A stretch of DNA of 64,000 bases from an uncultured Acidobacteriota bacterium (GCA_963744615.1 CAVUUE010000003.1:566923-630922), one strand, 5' to 3'; positions 9,860 through 17,946 are shown, counted from the stretch's first letter. The notes: generated from the letters alone by a model not told the origin. Numbers and translations are program-made.

Positions 9860-10726
9860 ATGATCCGGACCCACACCGAAAATTCCATCTTCGCCGCCCG
9901 CCGAGCCGCGTTCCGGAGCCTCCACCAGTCCGGCTGTTTCGCCATCCCGAATCCGTGGGACATCGGCACTGCGCGCTACCTGCGCCATCTCGGCTTCAAG
10001 GCGCTCGCCACCACCAGCGGCGGCTTCGCCTTTTCCCAGGGTCTGCCCGACGGCCAGCTGATTACCCGGGACATGGCTCTCTCTCACATTGCGGAGCTGG
10101 TCGCCGCCGTTGACCTGCCTATCAACGCCGACTTCGAATCCGGCTATGCGCAGCACCCCGAAGCGCTCGCCGCCAACGTCACCCTCTGCGTCGAAACCGG
10201 CGTAGCCGGGCTCTCCATTGAAGACGCCACCGGCGATCGCGATCACCCGCTGTACGACCTTCCCATCGCCGTCGAAAGAATCAAAGCCGCTCGCGCCGCC
10301 ATCGACGCGACAGGCGCCGACGTCCTGCTCACCGCCCGCGCCGAATGTTATCTGGTCGACCATCCCGACCCGCTCCGCGAATCCATCCGCCGCCTTCAGG
10401 CCTATGCGCACGCTGGAGCGGATGTCCTCTATGCCCCCGGACCGCACAAGCGGGAAGACATTCAGGCCATCGTAGCGGCCGTCAGCCCCAAGCCCGTCAA
10501 TCTCCTGATGAGCTCGAACACAGGACTGAAAATCTCCGACGCCGCTGCCATGGGAGTGCGCCGAGTCAGCATCGGATCCTCGCTCGCCCGTGCATCATGG
10601 ACCGGCTTCATTCAAGCAGCGAAATTGATTGCCGAAGAAGGCAGCGTCGCCGGGTTCGACGGCGCCGTCCCATACTCGGAACTCAACAGCTTCTTCCAGA
10701 AAGATTTTGCGGAGCGCTCAAAGTGA
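9860..10726 (+). CDS. isocitrate lyase / PEP mutase family protein
   Basis: 'IPNPWDIGTARYLRHLGFKALATTSGG', 'DFESGY' and 'GLSIEDA' are typical of the family. Confidence 0.85.
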   Translation: MIRTHTENSIFAARRAAFRSLHQSGCFAIPNPWDIGTARYLRHLGFKALATTSGGFAFSQGLPDGQLITRDMALSHIAELVAAVDLPINADFESGYAQHPEALAANVTLCVETGVAGLSIEDATGDRDHPLYDLPIAVERIKAARAAIDATGADVLLTARAECYLVDHPDPLRESIRRLQAYAHAGADVLYAPGPHKREDIQAIVAAVSPKPVNLLMSSNTGLKISDAAAMGVRRVSIGSSLARASWTGFIQAAKLIAEEGSVAGFDGAVPYSELNSFFQKDFAERSK

Positions 10727-11247
10727 CACCTGAATCACAGCCCGAGCCTTGGCTGCGCGGCACGCTGGTAGAGCTGCCCGCCCAGCAACGCGCCGTACTC
10801 CACGCACTCGAACTCGCCCGCGAAGATATCGGTTGCTGGTGCGCACCGCTGAGTGAGGAAGAATTCTCCGCTCGCCCGCACAACCTGCCGCCCGTCGCAT
10901 TTCATATGCGCCACATCATGGGCAGCCTCGACCGCCTGCTCACCTACGCCGAAGAAAAAACGCTGAACCCAGACCAGTTGCGATCGATGGCCGAAGAACT
11001 GACCGCCCCCACAAATCGTGACGCGCTTCTCGAATCGTTCAAGCAGGGAATCGCCGCCGCCGAGTCCCGCATTCGCGCCGTCGATCCGCAAACCTGGCCG
11101 GAACCGCGCGCAGTCGGCCGCAAGCAATTGCCCACTACCGTCGCGGGCCTCATCATCCACTGCGCCGATCACACCCAGCGCCACGTCGGACAGGCGGTCA
11201 CCACCGCCAAAATCCTGCTCGCACAAAGAGAGAATCACCCGGCATAG
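10723..11247 (+). CDS. DinB-family protein
   Basis: The GTG at 10723 overlaps the upstream stop (GTGA). The His triad context 'HMRHIMGSLDRLL ... IIHCADHTQRHVGQ' is present. Confidence 0.75.
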   Translation: MTPESQPEPWLRGTLVELPAQQRAVLHALELAREDIGCWCAPLSEEEFSARPHNLPPVAFHMRHIMGSLDRLLTYAEEKTLNPDQLRSMAEELTAPTNRDALLESFKQGIAAAESRIRAVDPQTWPEPRAVGRKQLPTTVAGLIIHCADHTQRHVGQAVTTAKILLAQRENHPA

Positions 11248-11290
11248 ACCAGAATCCCGGCACGGAAAAATCCAGCGTGGCAGAATGCCG

Positions 11291-11328
11291 GGGTGCCCCA
11301 TCCTTCGCCTCCTTTGCGAAGGGTGGGA
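11291..11328 (+). repeat. GGGTGCCCCA-family hairpin repeat, copy 2
   Basis: CCCATCCTTCGC ctccttt GCGAAGGGTGGG, a 12-bp stem with one T-G pair. It lies between the convergent dinB-like and ribA genes. Confidence 0.8.
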
Positions 11329-11370
11329 TAGATGAATCCCGCGATGGCAGAATCCAACGTGCCCGCACGT

Positions 11371-12042
11371 TCAGGGAACCTCCACCGCCCCCAGATGTCC
11401 CATCTTCTCCCGCTTCACCTGAAGATATTTCTCAAAGCTCTCCTGCGATTCCACCACGGCCGAAAGCCGCTCCACCACCCGGATCCCCGCCGCCTCCAGC
11501 GCCGCCACCTTCGCCGGATTGTTCGTCATCAGCCGCACTTCTGTAATCCCCATCAGCTTCAGCACCTCCGCCGGAAGCTCAAATTCGCGGCAGTCCGCTT
11601 TGAATCCCAGTTGTTCGTTGGCTTCAACCGTATCCAGCCCCTGGTCCTGCAGCGCATACGCCTGCAGCTTCGGCATCAGTCCGATTCCCCGGCCTTCCTT
11701 CTGTTCGTAGAGCAATATCCCAGCGCCCTCATTCGCAATCGCGCTCAGCGCCATCTCCAGCTGCAGCCTGCAATCGCAGCGCAGCGATCCGAACACGTCC
11801 CCGGTCAGGCATTGGGAGTGGATGCGCACAATCGGCGGGGCGCTCGACACATCCCCTGCCACCAGCGCGACAATCTCTTCCGCCTCCCGCGCCCCGCCAT
11901 CCTCGCAGCCTGCTTCCGCCGCATCCTTTTCGGGCACGCCAACAAAGCCGAAAATCCGGAAATGTCCCCAGCGGGTAGGGAAGTCGGCATCGGCAATCTT
12001 ACGTACACTCTCAAACGGCATGTCCCGATTATAAGGAAGCAA
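11371..12042 (-). CDS. ribA: GTP cyclohydrolase II
   Basis: 'VRIHSQCLTGDVFGSLRCDC', 'YEQKEGRGIGL', 'AYALQDQGLDTVEAN' and 'RLMTNNPAK' give the full canonical motif set. Confidence 0.9.
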   Translation of the reverse strand: MLPYNRDMPFESVRKIADADFPTRWGHFRIFGFVGVPEKDAAEAGCEDGGAREAEEIVALVAGDVSSAPPIVRIHSQCLTGDVFGSLRCDCRLQLEMALSAIANEGAGILLYEQKEGRGIGLMPKLQAYALQDQGLDTVEANEQLGFKADCREFELPAEVLKLMGITEVRLMTNNPAKVAALEAAGIRVVERLSAVVESQESFEKYLQVKREKMGHLGAVEVP

Positions 12043-12081
12043 CCCCCTCCATCGTTCACCCCGACGGAGTACAGTGGAATC

Positions 12082-13512
12082 GTGATCGGTTCCACTCTCA
12101 TTCTGATTACGCTGCTCATCAAGCTCGGCGTCGCAGCCGCGGTTTCAAGCGCGCTCGCGCGATCGACCGTCTTTCAGAATTTGTTGTTGAGCCAGCGCCG
12201 TACCCCCGCGCAGACCCTCGGCCTGCTCGCCTTCATCTGCATCCCCCTCACTCTTGGCGTGTGGATTCGCGTCATCGTCCCCAACTTCCTCGCCGCCGAC
12301 ATCTCCTTTGAAGCCGTCATGATCGTCGCCCTGCTGCTCGGCACTGCCCCCGCCGCTATTGCAGGAGCATTTCTTTCCATGCCCGCCGTCATGCATCGCG
12401 AATATCTCACTCTGCCCTTCAACCTCGCTGTCGCCGTCATCTTCGGCACCTATCGCGCCTTCGTCTCCGAGGAAGACGTCTGGTCCTTCTCTCCCTTCGT
12501 CGATCTCAGCATGTATCGCTGGATCCGCCGCAATCTCGCCCGCCCCCGCATCGATCGCCAGGCCCTGCTGCTGGCGTTGATCTTCGGCGTGCAGGCGGCG
12601 CGCAACTGGATTACGGACCTCTACCCGCGCCGCCTGTTCACCCTCACCTCCGATAGCTGGGGCGTGCTGCTCGCCATCTATGTCTGCGCGCCCATGGTGG
12701 TTGGAATTCCACTGAAGATCTGGAATCAGATCCGTATCGAGCGCAAGCTTGAAGAGCAGAGCCGCCTGCTTCTCGAAGCGCGGCTGGAGGCGCTGCAGCG
12801 CCAGATCAATCCTCACTTCCTCTTCAATACCCTCAACTCCATCGCCTCGCTCATACGCTTTCGCCCCGAACAGGCCAGGGAACTCATCGTCAAGCTGGCC
12901 AGCATCCTGCGCGTGCTCCTGCAGGAGCGCGACGACCGCATGCAGTTGCGCGATGAGCTGCAGTTCGCCGACGACTACCTCGACATTGAAGTCGCTCGTT
13001 TCGGCACCGAAAAACTTCGCGTCATAAAAGAAATCGACCCCGATACGCTCGACGTCCTGGTGCCCACCATGCTCCTTCAGCCCATCATCGAGAACAGCAT
13101 CAAGCATGGACTGGAGCCGCGCATCAACGGCGGCACCATCACCCTGCGCAGCCGCCTGCAGGGAGACAAACTCATCCTCACGGTGGAGGATGACGGAGTC
13201 GGCATGCCCGCCGAACCGGGCCAGTCATCCGACGATACCCATTTCCCCCGCAGCAACCGTTTAACGCGCGCCGGAACCGGCGTCGGTATGCGCAATGTGC
13301 GCGAACGCATGCAGGTGCTCTGCGGCCCCGATGCAGGCTTTGAAATTCTCAGCCGCCCCGGCCGCGGCACGCGAGTGGTGCTCAGCGTCCCCCTGCCCAT
13401 CTCCCACGCGCCGGTGGGTCACACGCGAGAGTTTCCCAGGTCCGACTCTCACAAGCCCGAGTCGGGCAGACCGGGCCCGCGTAAAATCGAGCCCCGCAGA
13501 ATCGACGCATAG
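12082..13512 (+). CDS. LytS/YehU-type sensor histidine kinase
   Basis: A multi-TM N-terminus is followed by 'QINPHFLFNTLNSI' (His_kinase PF06580 signature) and HATPase_c ('IENSIKHG', 'DDGVGM', 'GTGVGMRNVRER'). The GTG start at 12082 was chosen to avoid overlap with ribA. Confidence 0.85.
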   Translation: MIGSTLILITLLIKLGVAAAVSSALARSTVFQNLLLSQRRTPAQTLGLLAFICIPLTLGVWIRVIVPNFLAADISFEAVMIVALLLGTAPAAIAGAFLSMPAVMHREYLTLPFNLAVAVIFGTYRAFVSEEDVWSFSPFVDLSMYRWIRRNLARPRIDRQALLLALIFGVQAARNWITDLYPRRLFTLTSDSWGVLLAIYVCAPMVVGIPLKIWNQIRIERKLEEQSRLLLEARLEALQRQINPHFLFNTLNSIASLIRFRPEQARELIVKLASILRVLLQERDDRMQLRDELQFADDYLDIEVARFGTEKLRVIKEIDPDTLDVLVPTMLLQPIIENSIKHGLEPRINGGTITLRSRLQGDKLILTVEDDGVGMPAEPGQSSDDTHFPRSNRLTRAGTGVGMRNVRERMQVLCGPDAGFEILSRPGRGTRVVLSVPLPISHAPVGHTREFPRSDSHKPESGRPGPRKIEPRRIDA

Positions 13513-14621
13513 AACTCCTCATACTTAGGAATCACGCGGCTCGCACAATATTTTCTCTGCGCCTCCGCCCGCGCTGCCTTCGACATCTCCTCGAGGCGCG
13601 CGCGATTCTTCAGCAGCGCGATCCCGGCCCGCGCCATCTCCTCCACATCGCCCACCGGAAACAGCAGCCCCGTAACTCCGTCCTCGATCAACTCCGGCAC
13701 GCCGCCCACTCTCGTGCCGATCGTCGGCACCTCGCACGCCATCGCCTCCAGCGCCGCCAGTCCAAACGACTCCAGTTCGCTTGGCATCAACATCAAGTCC
13801 GCCGCCGGCAGCAGCTCATTCACCTGGTCCGTCTTGCCCAGGAAATGCACGCGGTCCCCAACATTCAAGCTCTTCGCCAGCCACTCCGCCGAAGAGCGCT
13901 CCGGCCCGTCGCCCACCATCAGCAGCCGCGCCGGAACCTCCCCGGCAATGCCCGCGAAAATTCGAATCACATCCTGGATTCTCTTCACCGGGCGAAAGTT
14001 CGACAGATGCACCAGCACCGCCTCATCCGCCGTCGCATATTGCGCGCGAATTTTCGCGCTCGCTTCCGGGTCGCGCACATAAACGTCGCAGTTCACAAAA
14101 TTCGAAATCACTTCAATGTGCCGCTTCGTTCCAAACGTCTCAATCGTCTCCCGCCGCAGATAATCGGAGATGGAAGTCACGCCATCGCTCTCATCGATCG
14201 CATACCTGGTGATCGGTAGATACGCGCGGTCAGCGCCCACCAGCGTTATGTCCGTCCCATGCAGCGTCGTCACAAAAGGGAGCTGTTGCCCGTCGCGCGC
14301 CAGCATCTGCCGCGCCAGCAGCGCGCTCACGGAGTGCGGAATCGCATAATGCACATGCAGCAGGTCCAGCTCATAATTCTTCGCCACCTCCGACATGCGC
14401 GTCGCCAGCGCCAGCGAGTAAGGAGGAAACTCAAACAGCGGATAATTCGAAACGGAAACTTCATGGAAGCGAATCCGCTCCTCATGCCCGCTCAGTCGAA
14501 ACGGCTGCGCATAAGAAATGAAGTGAACCTCATGCCCGCGATTCGCCAGCTCAATTCCAAGCTCGGTCGCAACCACCCCGCTGCCGCCGTAAGTCGGATA
14601 ACAAGTAATGCCAATTTTCAT
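13449..14621 (-). CDS. bshA: GT4 glycosyltransferase, BshA-like (N-acetyl-alpha-D-glucosaminyl L-malate synthase)
   Basis: The N-terminus 'MKIGITCYPTYGGSGVVATELG..L..RGHEVHFI' and the 'PSELESFGLAALEAMA' EX7E motif match my recollection of BshA. Confidence 0.75.
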   Translation of the reverse strand: MKIGITCYPTYGGSGVVATELGIELANRGHEVHFISYAQPFRLSGHEERIRFHEVSVSNYPLFEFPPYSLALATRMSEVAKNYELDLLHVHYAIPHSVSALLARQMLARDGQQLPFVTTLHGTDITLVGADRAYLPITRYAIDESDGVTSISDYLRRETIETFGTKRHIEVISNFVNCDVYVRDPEASAKIRAQYATADEAVLVHLSNFRPVKRIQDVIRIFAGIAGEVPARLLMVGDGPERSSAEWLAKSLNVGDRVHFLGKTDQVNELLPAADLMLMPSELESFGLAALEAMACEVPTIGTRVGGVPELIEDGVTGLLFPVGDVEEMARAGIALLKNRARLEEMSKAARAEAQRKYCASRVIPKYEEFYASILRGSILRGPGLPDSGL

Positions 14622-14752
14622 TCAGATCACCGGGTGCGAATAGGATGCAGCCGCCCCACCTGTCGATTCCAGAACACGCAGTCCAGGAAACAAAACCGCA
14701 AGGATGAAGGTAAAGGCGAAAGTGGAGGTGGAACGTGGAAGTAGAGGTAGGA

Positions 14753-14770
14753 GGGGAGGGGAGGGGAGGG
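14753..14770 (+). other. canonical G-quadruplex motif GGGGAGGGGAGGGGAGGG
   Basis: Four G tracts are separated by single-A loops, at the end of a ~70-nt purine-rich run (14700-14770). The last tract is shared with repeat copy 3. Confidence 0.6.
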
Positions 14771-14805
14771 TGCCCCATTCGAGCCCTACGTTGGCTTGAG
14801 TGGGA
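14768..14805 (+). repeat. GGGTGCCCCA-family hairpin repeat, copy 3
   Basis: CCCATTCGAGCC ctacgtt GGCTTGAGTGGG, a 12-bp stem with two T-G/G-T pairs. It lies between the YdjC-like gene and bshA. Confidence 0.8.
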
Positions 14806-14819
14806 GATGCCGCCCCAGT

Positions 14820-15674
14820 TCACAATTGTCCAAAAGAAATCCGCCTCACACCCTCACCCACAATCCCCGGCAAACCCCGCAACGCCGACAACTCCACCGC
14901 ACGAGATTCCTTCAACCGCGTCCGCGTCCCGCGAAGCTCATCGTCCACATACGCCGGATGACAAACCAGCTCCCAGGCCCCCTCCGGCATCCTCTCCAGA
15001 ACATTCCGCAGCACAACCTCATCCAGCGTCCCCGTAGCCAGCACGCCGACGCATCCATCCGTAGTCGCGAACCCGCGCTCCCGCACCACCCGCAAAAAAT
15101 GTCCGCGAAACCCGCCCAGCATCTGCACCTGCACTTTGCGGGTCGCGCCCGCATTCGGAGTCGCCGCCGCACTCCACGCCGGCTCAAATGGATTGCGGAT
15201 CGCCCGCACCCCGCAGGCACTCGCAGCCTCGGTCACCGCGTCCAGTACGCTCGGAAACATGTGCGTATGTTTGTGCGTGTCGATGTGCGTCACGGCGATG
15301 CCCGCTCGCTGCAATCGGCAAATCTGTGCCGCCGCCTCGCGCGCGATATCCAGGCGCGTAACCCGTCCCAAAGCAAGATCGCGCACCAGCGCCCCCACGG
15401 TCGCCCGGAACTGACCCCTGCCAACGCCTGAAGCATCCATCAAACTGGGAATCGAATCCGGCTCGGCTACCGGCCTCCCATCGACCAGAACAATATGGCA
15501 GCCCACGCCCAGCTGCGGATGCTCCTTCGCCAGCGCCACCGCTTCCTCAAATCGCGGAGCCGCGGCCATCAACGTCGCCGAGCCTAGCGCCCCCGCTCCA
15601 TGCAGATCGACCACCGCGCGATTGATCCCGCTCGTCAGTCCAAAGTCATCAGCATTCACAATCAGGCGGCGCAC
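14820..15674 (-). CDS. ChbG/HpnK (YdjC) family carbohydrate deacetylase
   Basis: 'LIVNADDFGLTSGINRAV' and 'GVGCHIVL' are family signatures. GTG start at 15674. Confidence 0.85.
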   Translation of the reverse strand: MRRLIVNADDFGLTSGINRAVVDLHGAGALGSATLMAAAPRFEEAVALAKEHPQLGVGCHIVLVDGRPVAEPDSIPSLMDASGVGRGQFRATVGALVRDLALGRVTRLDIAREAAAQICRLQRAGIAVTHIDTHKHTHMFPSVLDAVTEAASACGVRAIRNPFEPAWSAAATPNAGATRKVQVQMLGGFRGHFLRVVRERGFATTDGCVGVLATGTLDEVVLRNVLERMPEGAWELVCHPAYVDDELRGTRTRLKESRAVELSALRGLPGIVGEGVRRISFGQL

Positions 15675-15699
15675 TCGATGAGTCTACCAAGCCCTCGGC

Positions 15700-15728
15700 T
15701 TGACCCACCCATCCCCCTTCCATAGACT
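15700..15728 (+). promoter_or_regulatory. sigma70-like promoter for tRNA-Val
   Basis: TTGACC (15700-15705), a 17-nt spacer, then TAGACT (15723-15728). The tRNA starts 27 nt downstream. Confidence 0.45.
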
Positions 15729-15754
15729 GAGACAATCCGCGGCGGCCATTCAAT

Positions 15755-15831
15755 GGGCGGTTAGCTCAGCTGGTTAGAGCGCCTGCTTTACACGCAGGAT
15801 GTCGGGGGTTCGAATCCCTCACTGCCCACCA
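15755..15831 (+). tRNA. tRNA-Val (anticodon TAC), CCA encoded
   Basis: Cloverleaf read by hand: acceptor GGGCGGT/ACTGCCC, D arm GCTC..GAGC, anticodon stem CCTGC/GCAGG with loop TTTACAC, and T arm GGGGG-TTCGAAT-CCCTC. Confidence 0.95.
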
Positions 15832-15914
15832 GATTTGTCTCAGCCAACAGAGATGCGCAATCGCCCATCTCAATCGTGGAGCTGCCCGGTTCATCCGGCA
15901 CAGGAGAAATCGTT

Positions 15915-16076
15915 TTGAGATCGAACAAAATTGGACGCTGGTTCATCGCACTCTTCATGCTCTTCGGACTGGCGGCAACCTGTACACCGGCGAATGCTCA
16001 GTACCATCACCACCACCACCATCATCACCGTCGCTACCACCGTCGCCATCGTCGCCGCGATCGGCGCCGCTACTAA
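15915..16076 (+). CDS. small secreted His/Arg-rich peptide (53 aa precursor)
   Basis: AGGAGA (15902-15907) lies 7 nt before TTG 15915. The signal-like 'RWFIALFMLFGLAATCTPANA' is followed by 'QYHHHHHHHHRRYHRRHRRRDRRRY'. A terminator hairpin lies downstream. Confidence 0.5.
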   Translation: MRSNKIGRWFIALFMLFGLAATCTPANAQYHHHHHHHHRRYHRRHRRRDRRRY

Positions 16077-16140
16077 GCCAGTTCAGTTTGCGGAATCCTG
16101 CCGTCCTTAAGGACACGCCCGGCGACTCCACTCCTCACCA

Positions 16141-16167
16141 CGCGGCTTCGCGGAACCGCGACTTTTT
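16141..16167 (+). terminator. putative Rho-independent terminator
   Basis: CGCGG (16141-16145) pairs with CCGCG (16156-16160), followed by a TTTTT run at 16163-16167. Confidence 0.45.
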
Positions 16168-16204
16168 CCCCCGGTCAGCGTACCCTTAATGTAGGGTCTC
16201 TCGC

Positions 16205-17908
16205 GTGCTGCCTCCTCCGGATCGTCCTGGAAATCGCCGCCTTCCTTCCCGCTCCGGGGAGCAGGGTTACCTCCTGCTCGGCCTCCTATTCCTAATCGCT
16301 CTCTTGATGATCGGCCTCGCCATTGCCGCGCCCCGCATCAGCAAGCAGATTCAGCGCGAGAAGGAAGCCGAAACCATTCATCGCGGCGAACAATACAAGC
16401 GCGCCATCGCGCTCTACTATCGCAAAATGGGCTCCTATCCCATGTCCATCGGCCAGCTCAAAGAGACCAACAAAATCCATTTCCTCCGGCAGGATTACAT
16501 CGATCCCATGACCGGCAAAAAGGACTGGATCCTGCTCCATCTCGGCCAGGTCCCAATGGTCGCCATGGGTCTCTTTGGTAAGCCGATGACAGCCGGCGGC
16601 GGCACACTCGGCGGCATGCAACAGGGGATCGCCGGAATGCCTGGCTCCGGAATGCAGGTCGCCAGCGGAATGCCCGGCTCCGCGGGCGGCTCCGGCTTCG
16701 GCGCATTTGGCGGATCAGGCACCTTCGGCGGGTCCAACGGCCTCAACGGCGCTTCCGGCTTTGGCGGCAACGTCGGCGGCGGCTCCGGCTTCGGCTCCCC
16801 CGGCAACTCCGGGGGAGATTTTGGTTCCTCCGGCAACTCCGGCGGCGACACCTTCTTCAACGACGCACCCGCTACCCCGCCGAATACCGCCGGTTCCAGC
16901 AGCGAGGCCTCCGCTAACGCCAATCCGCTCGGCGGCGGCGCTGCTCCCGGTTCCACCGCCGAGGGCGTTCCCGGCTCCACCGCCGAGGGCGCGCTCGATT
17001 CGAACGGTGTCGCCGTCGGCCCTAACGGCATTCCCGCTGACCCGATGGCTGCCCTCGCCGCCAGCGGCTCGGAAGATACGGCAGCCGCCTACGAGGCCTC
17101 TGCTGATTCCGGGTCCAGCAGCTCCTCCTTCGGCGACTCATCATCGAGCGGCTTTGGCAATAATCAAATGGGCGGAAGTTCCGGCGGTTTCGGAAGCTCC
17201 GGAGGCCTCGGCAATTCCGGCGGCTTTGGAAACTCCAATGGCCTGGGAAATTCCGGCGGTTTCGGAAGCTCGGGCGGCCAGATGGGCGGTATGAATGGAA
17301 TGTCCGGCGGCATGAACGGCATGGGGGGCGGCCTGAACGGCGGTCTCAACGGAATGTCCGGTGGCCTCAATGGAATGTCGGGCAGTCAAGGCGGCGGTGG
17401 AATGTTCGGCGGCTCCGCCACCGGCGCGCCCATCATTGGCGTCACCGTTCCGCTCAAGAAAAAAGCCATTCTCTCCTACCGCATGAAGACGATCTATGAC
17501 GGCTGGCATTTCATCTACAATCCCCAGGAAGAAGCGGCGAAGCAAATGGCCAGCCAGCTCGGCGGCACCGCCGGCGCCGGCATCGGCACTCCGGCCGGGG
17601 CATCTCCGATGGGAGGAAATTCCACTGGCAATTCCTTCGGCGGCGGCTTCGGCTCTTCCGGCGGCTTCGGCTCCTCCAGCGGATCAGGATTTGGCTCCTC
17701 CAGCGGATCAGGCTTCGGCTCCTCCAACGGCAGCGGTTTCGGCAGTTCCTCAAACGATTCGGGCAGCGACTCCAGCGGATTTGGAGATAGTTCAAGCGGC
17801 TTCGGCAATTCCGGCAGCTCGGGCAGCGGCTTCGGTAACAGCGGCGGCTTCGGCAACTCAGGCAGCGGCCTCGGTTCCAGCCCCATGGGCAGCAACAGCC
17901 CGCAATAA
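16205..17908 (+). CDS. GspG/pseudopilin-like protein with very long Gly/Ser-rich low-complexity regions
   Basis: A prepilin-like hydrophobic N-terminus 'GYLLLGLLFLIALLMIGLAIAAP' is followed by 'REKEAETIHRGEQYKRAIALYYRK'. Low complexity covers roughly aa 125-400 and 450-567 (GGFGSSGG, GMNGMSGGLNG repeats). GTG start. Confidence 0.75.
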   Translation: MLPPPDRPGNRRLPSRSGEQGYLLLGLLFLIALLMIGLAIAAPRISKQIQREKEAETIHRGEQYKRAIALYYRKMGSYPMSIGQLKETNKIHFLRQDYIDPMTGKKDWILLHLGQVPMVAMGLFGKPMTAGGGTLGGMQQGIAGMPGSGMQVASGMPGSAGGSGFGAFGGSGTFGGSNGLNGASGFGGNVGGGSGFGSPGNSGGDFGSSGNSGGDTFFNDAPATPPNTAGSSSEASANANPLGGGAAPGSTAEGVPGSTAEGALDSNGVAVGPNGIPADPMAALAASGSEDTAAAYEASADSGSSSSSFGDSSSSGFGNNQMGGSSGGFGSSGGLGNSGGFGNSNGLGNSGGFGSSGGQMGGMNGMSGGMNGMGGGLNGGLNGMSGGLNGMSGSQGGGGMFGGSATGAPIIGVTVPLKKKAILSYRMKTIYDGWHFIYNPQEEAAKQMASQLGGTAGAGIGTPAGASPMGGNSTGNSFGGGFGSSGGFGSSSGSGFGSSSGSGFGSSNGSGFGSSSNDSGSDSSGFGDSSSGFGNSGSSGSGFGNSGGFGNSGSGLGSSPMGSNSPQ

Positions 17909-17946
17909 TTTTGCTCGAAGTGGACGGGCTTTAACCGATACATCAG

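Noticed and set aside
15990-16076. The His8 codon run as a his-operon-type attenuation leader peptide.
   Set aside because: No histidine biosynthesis gene follows. The peptide has a full signal sequence and an Arg-rich tail. The terminator hairpin lies about 65 nt beyond the stop, with no obvious alternative antiterminator pairing. I kept this only as an alternative in the finding.
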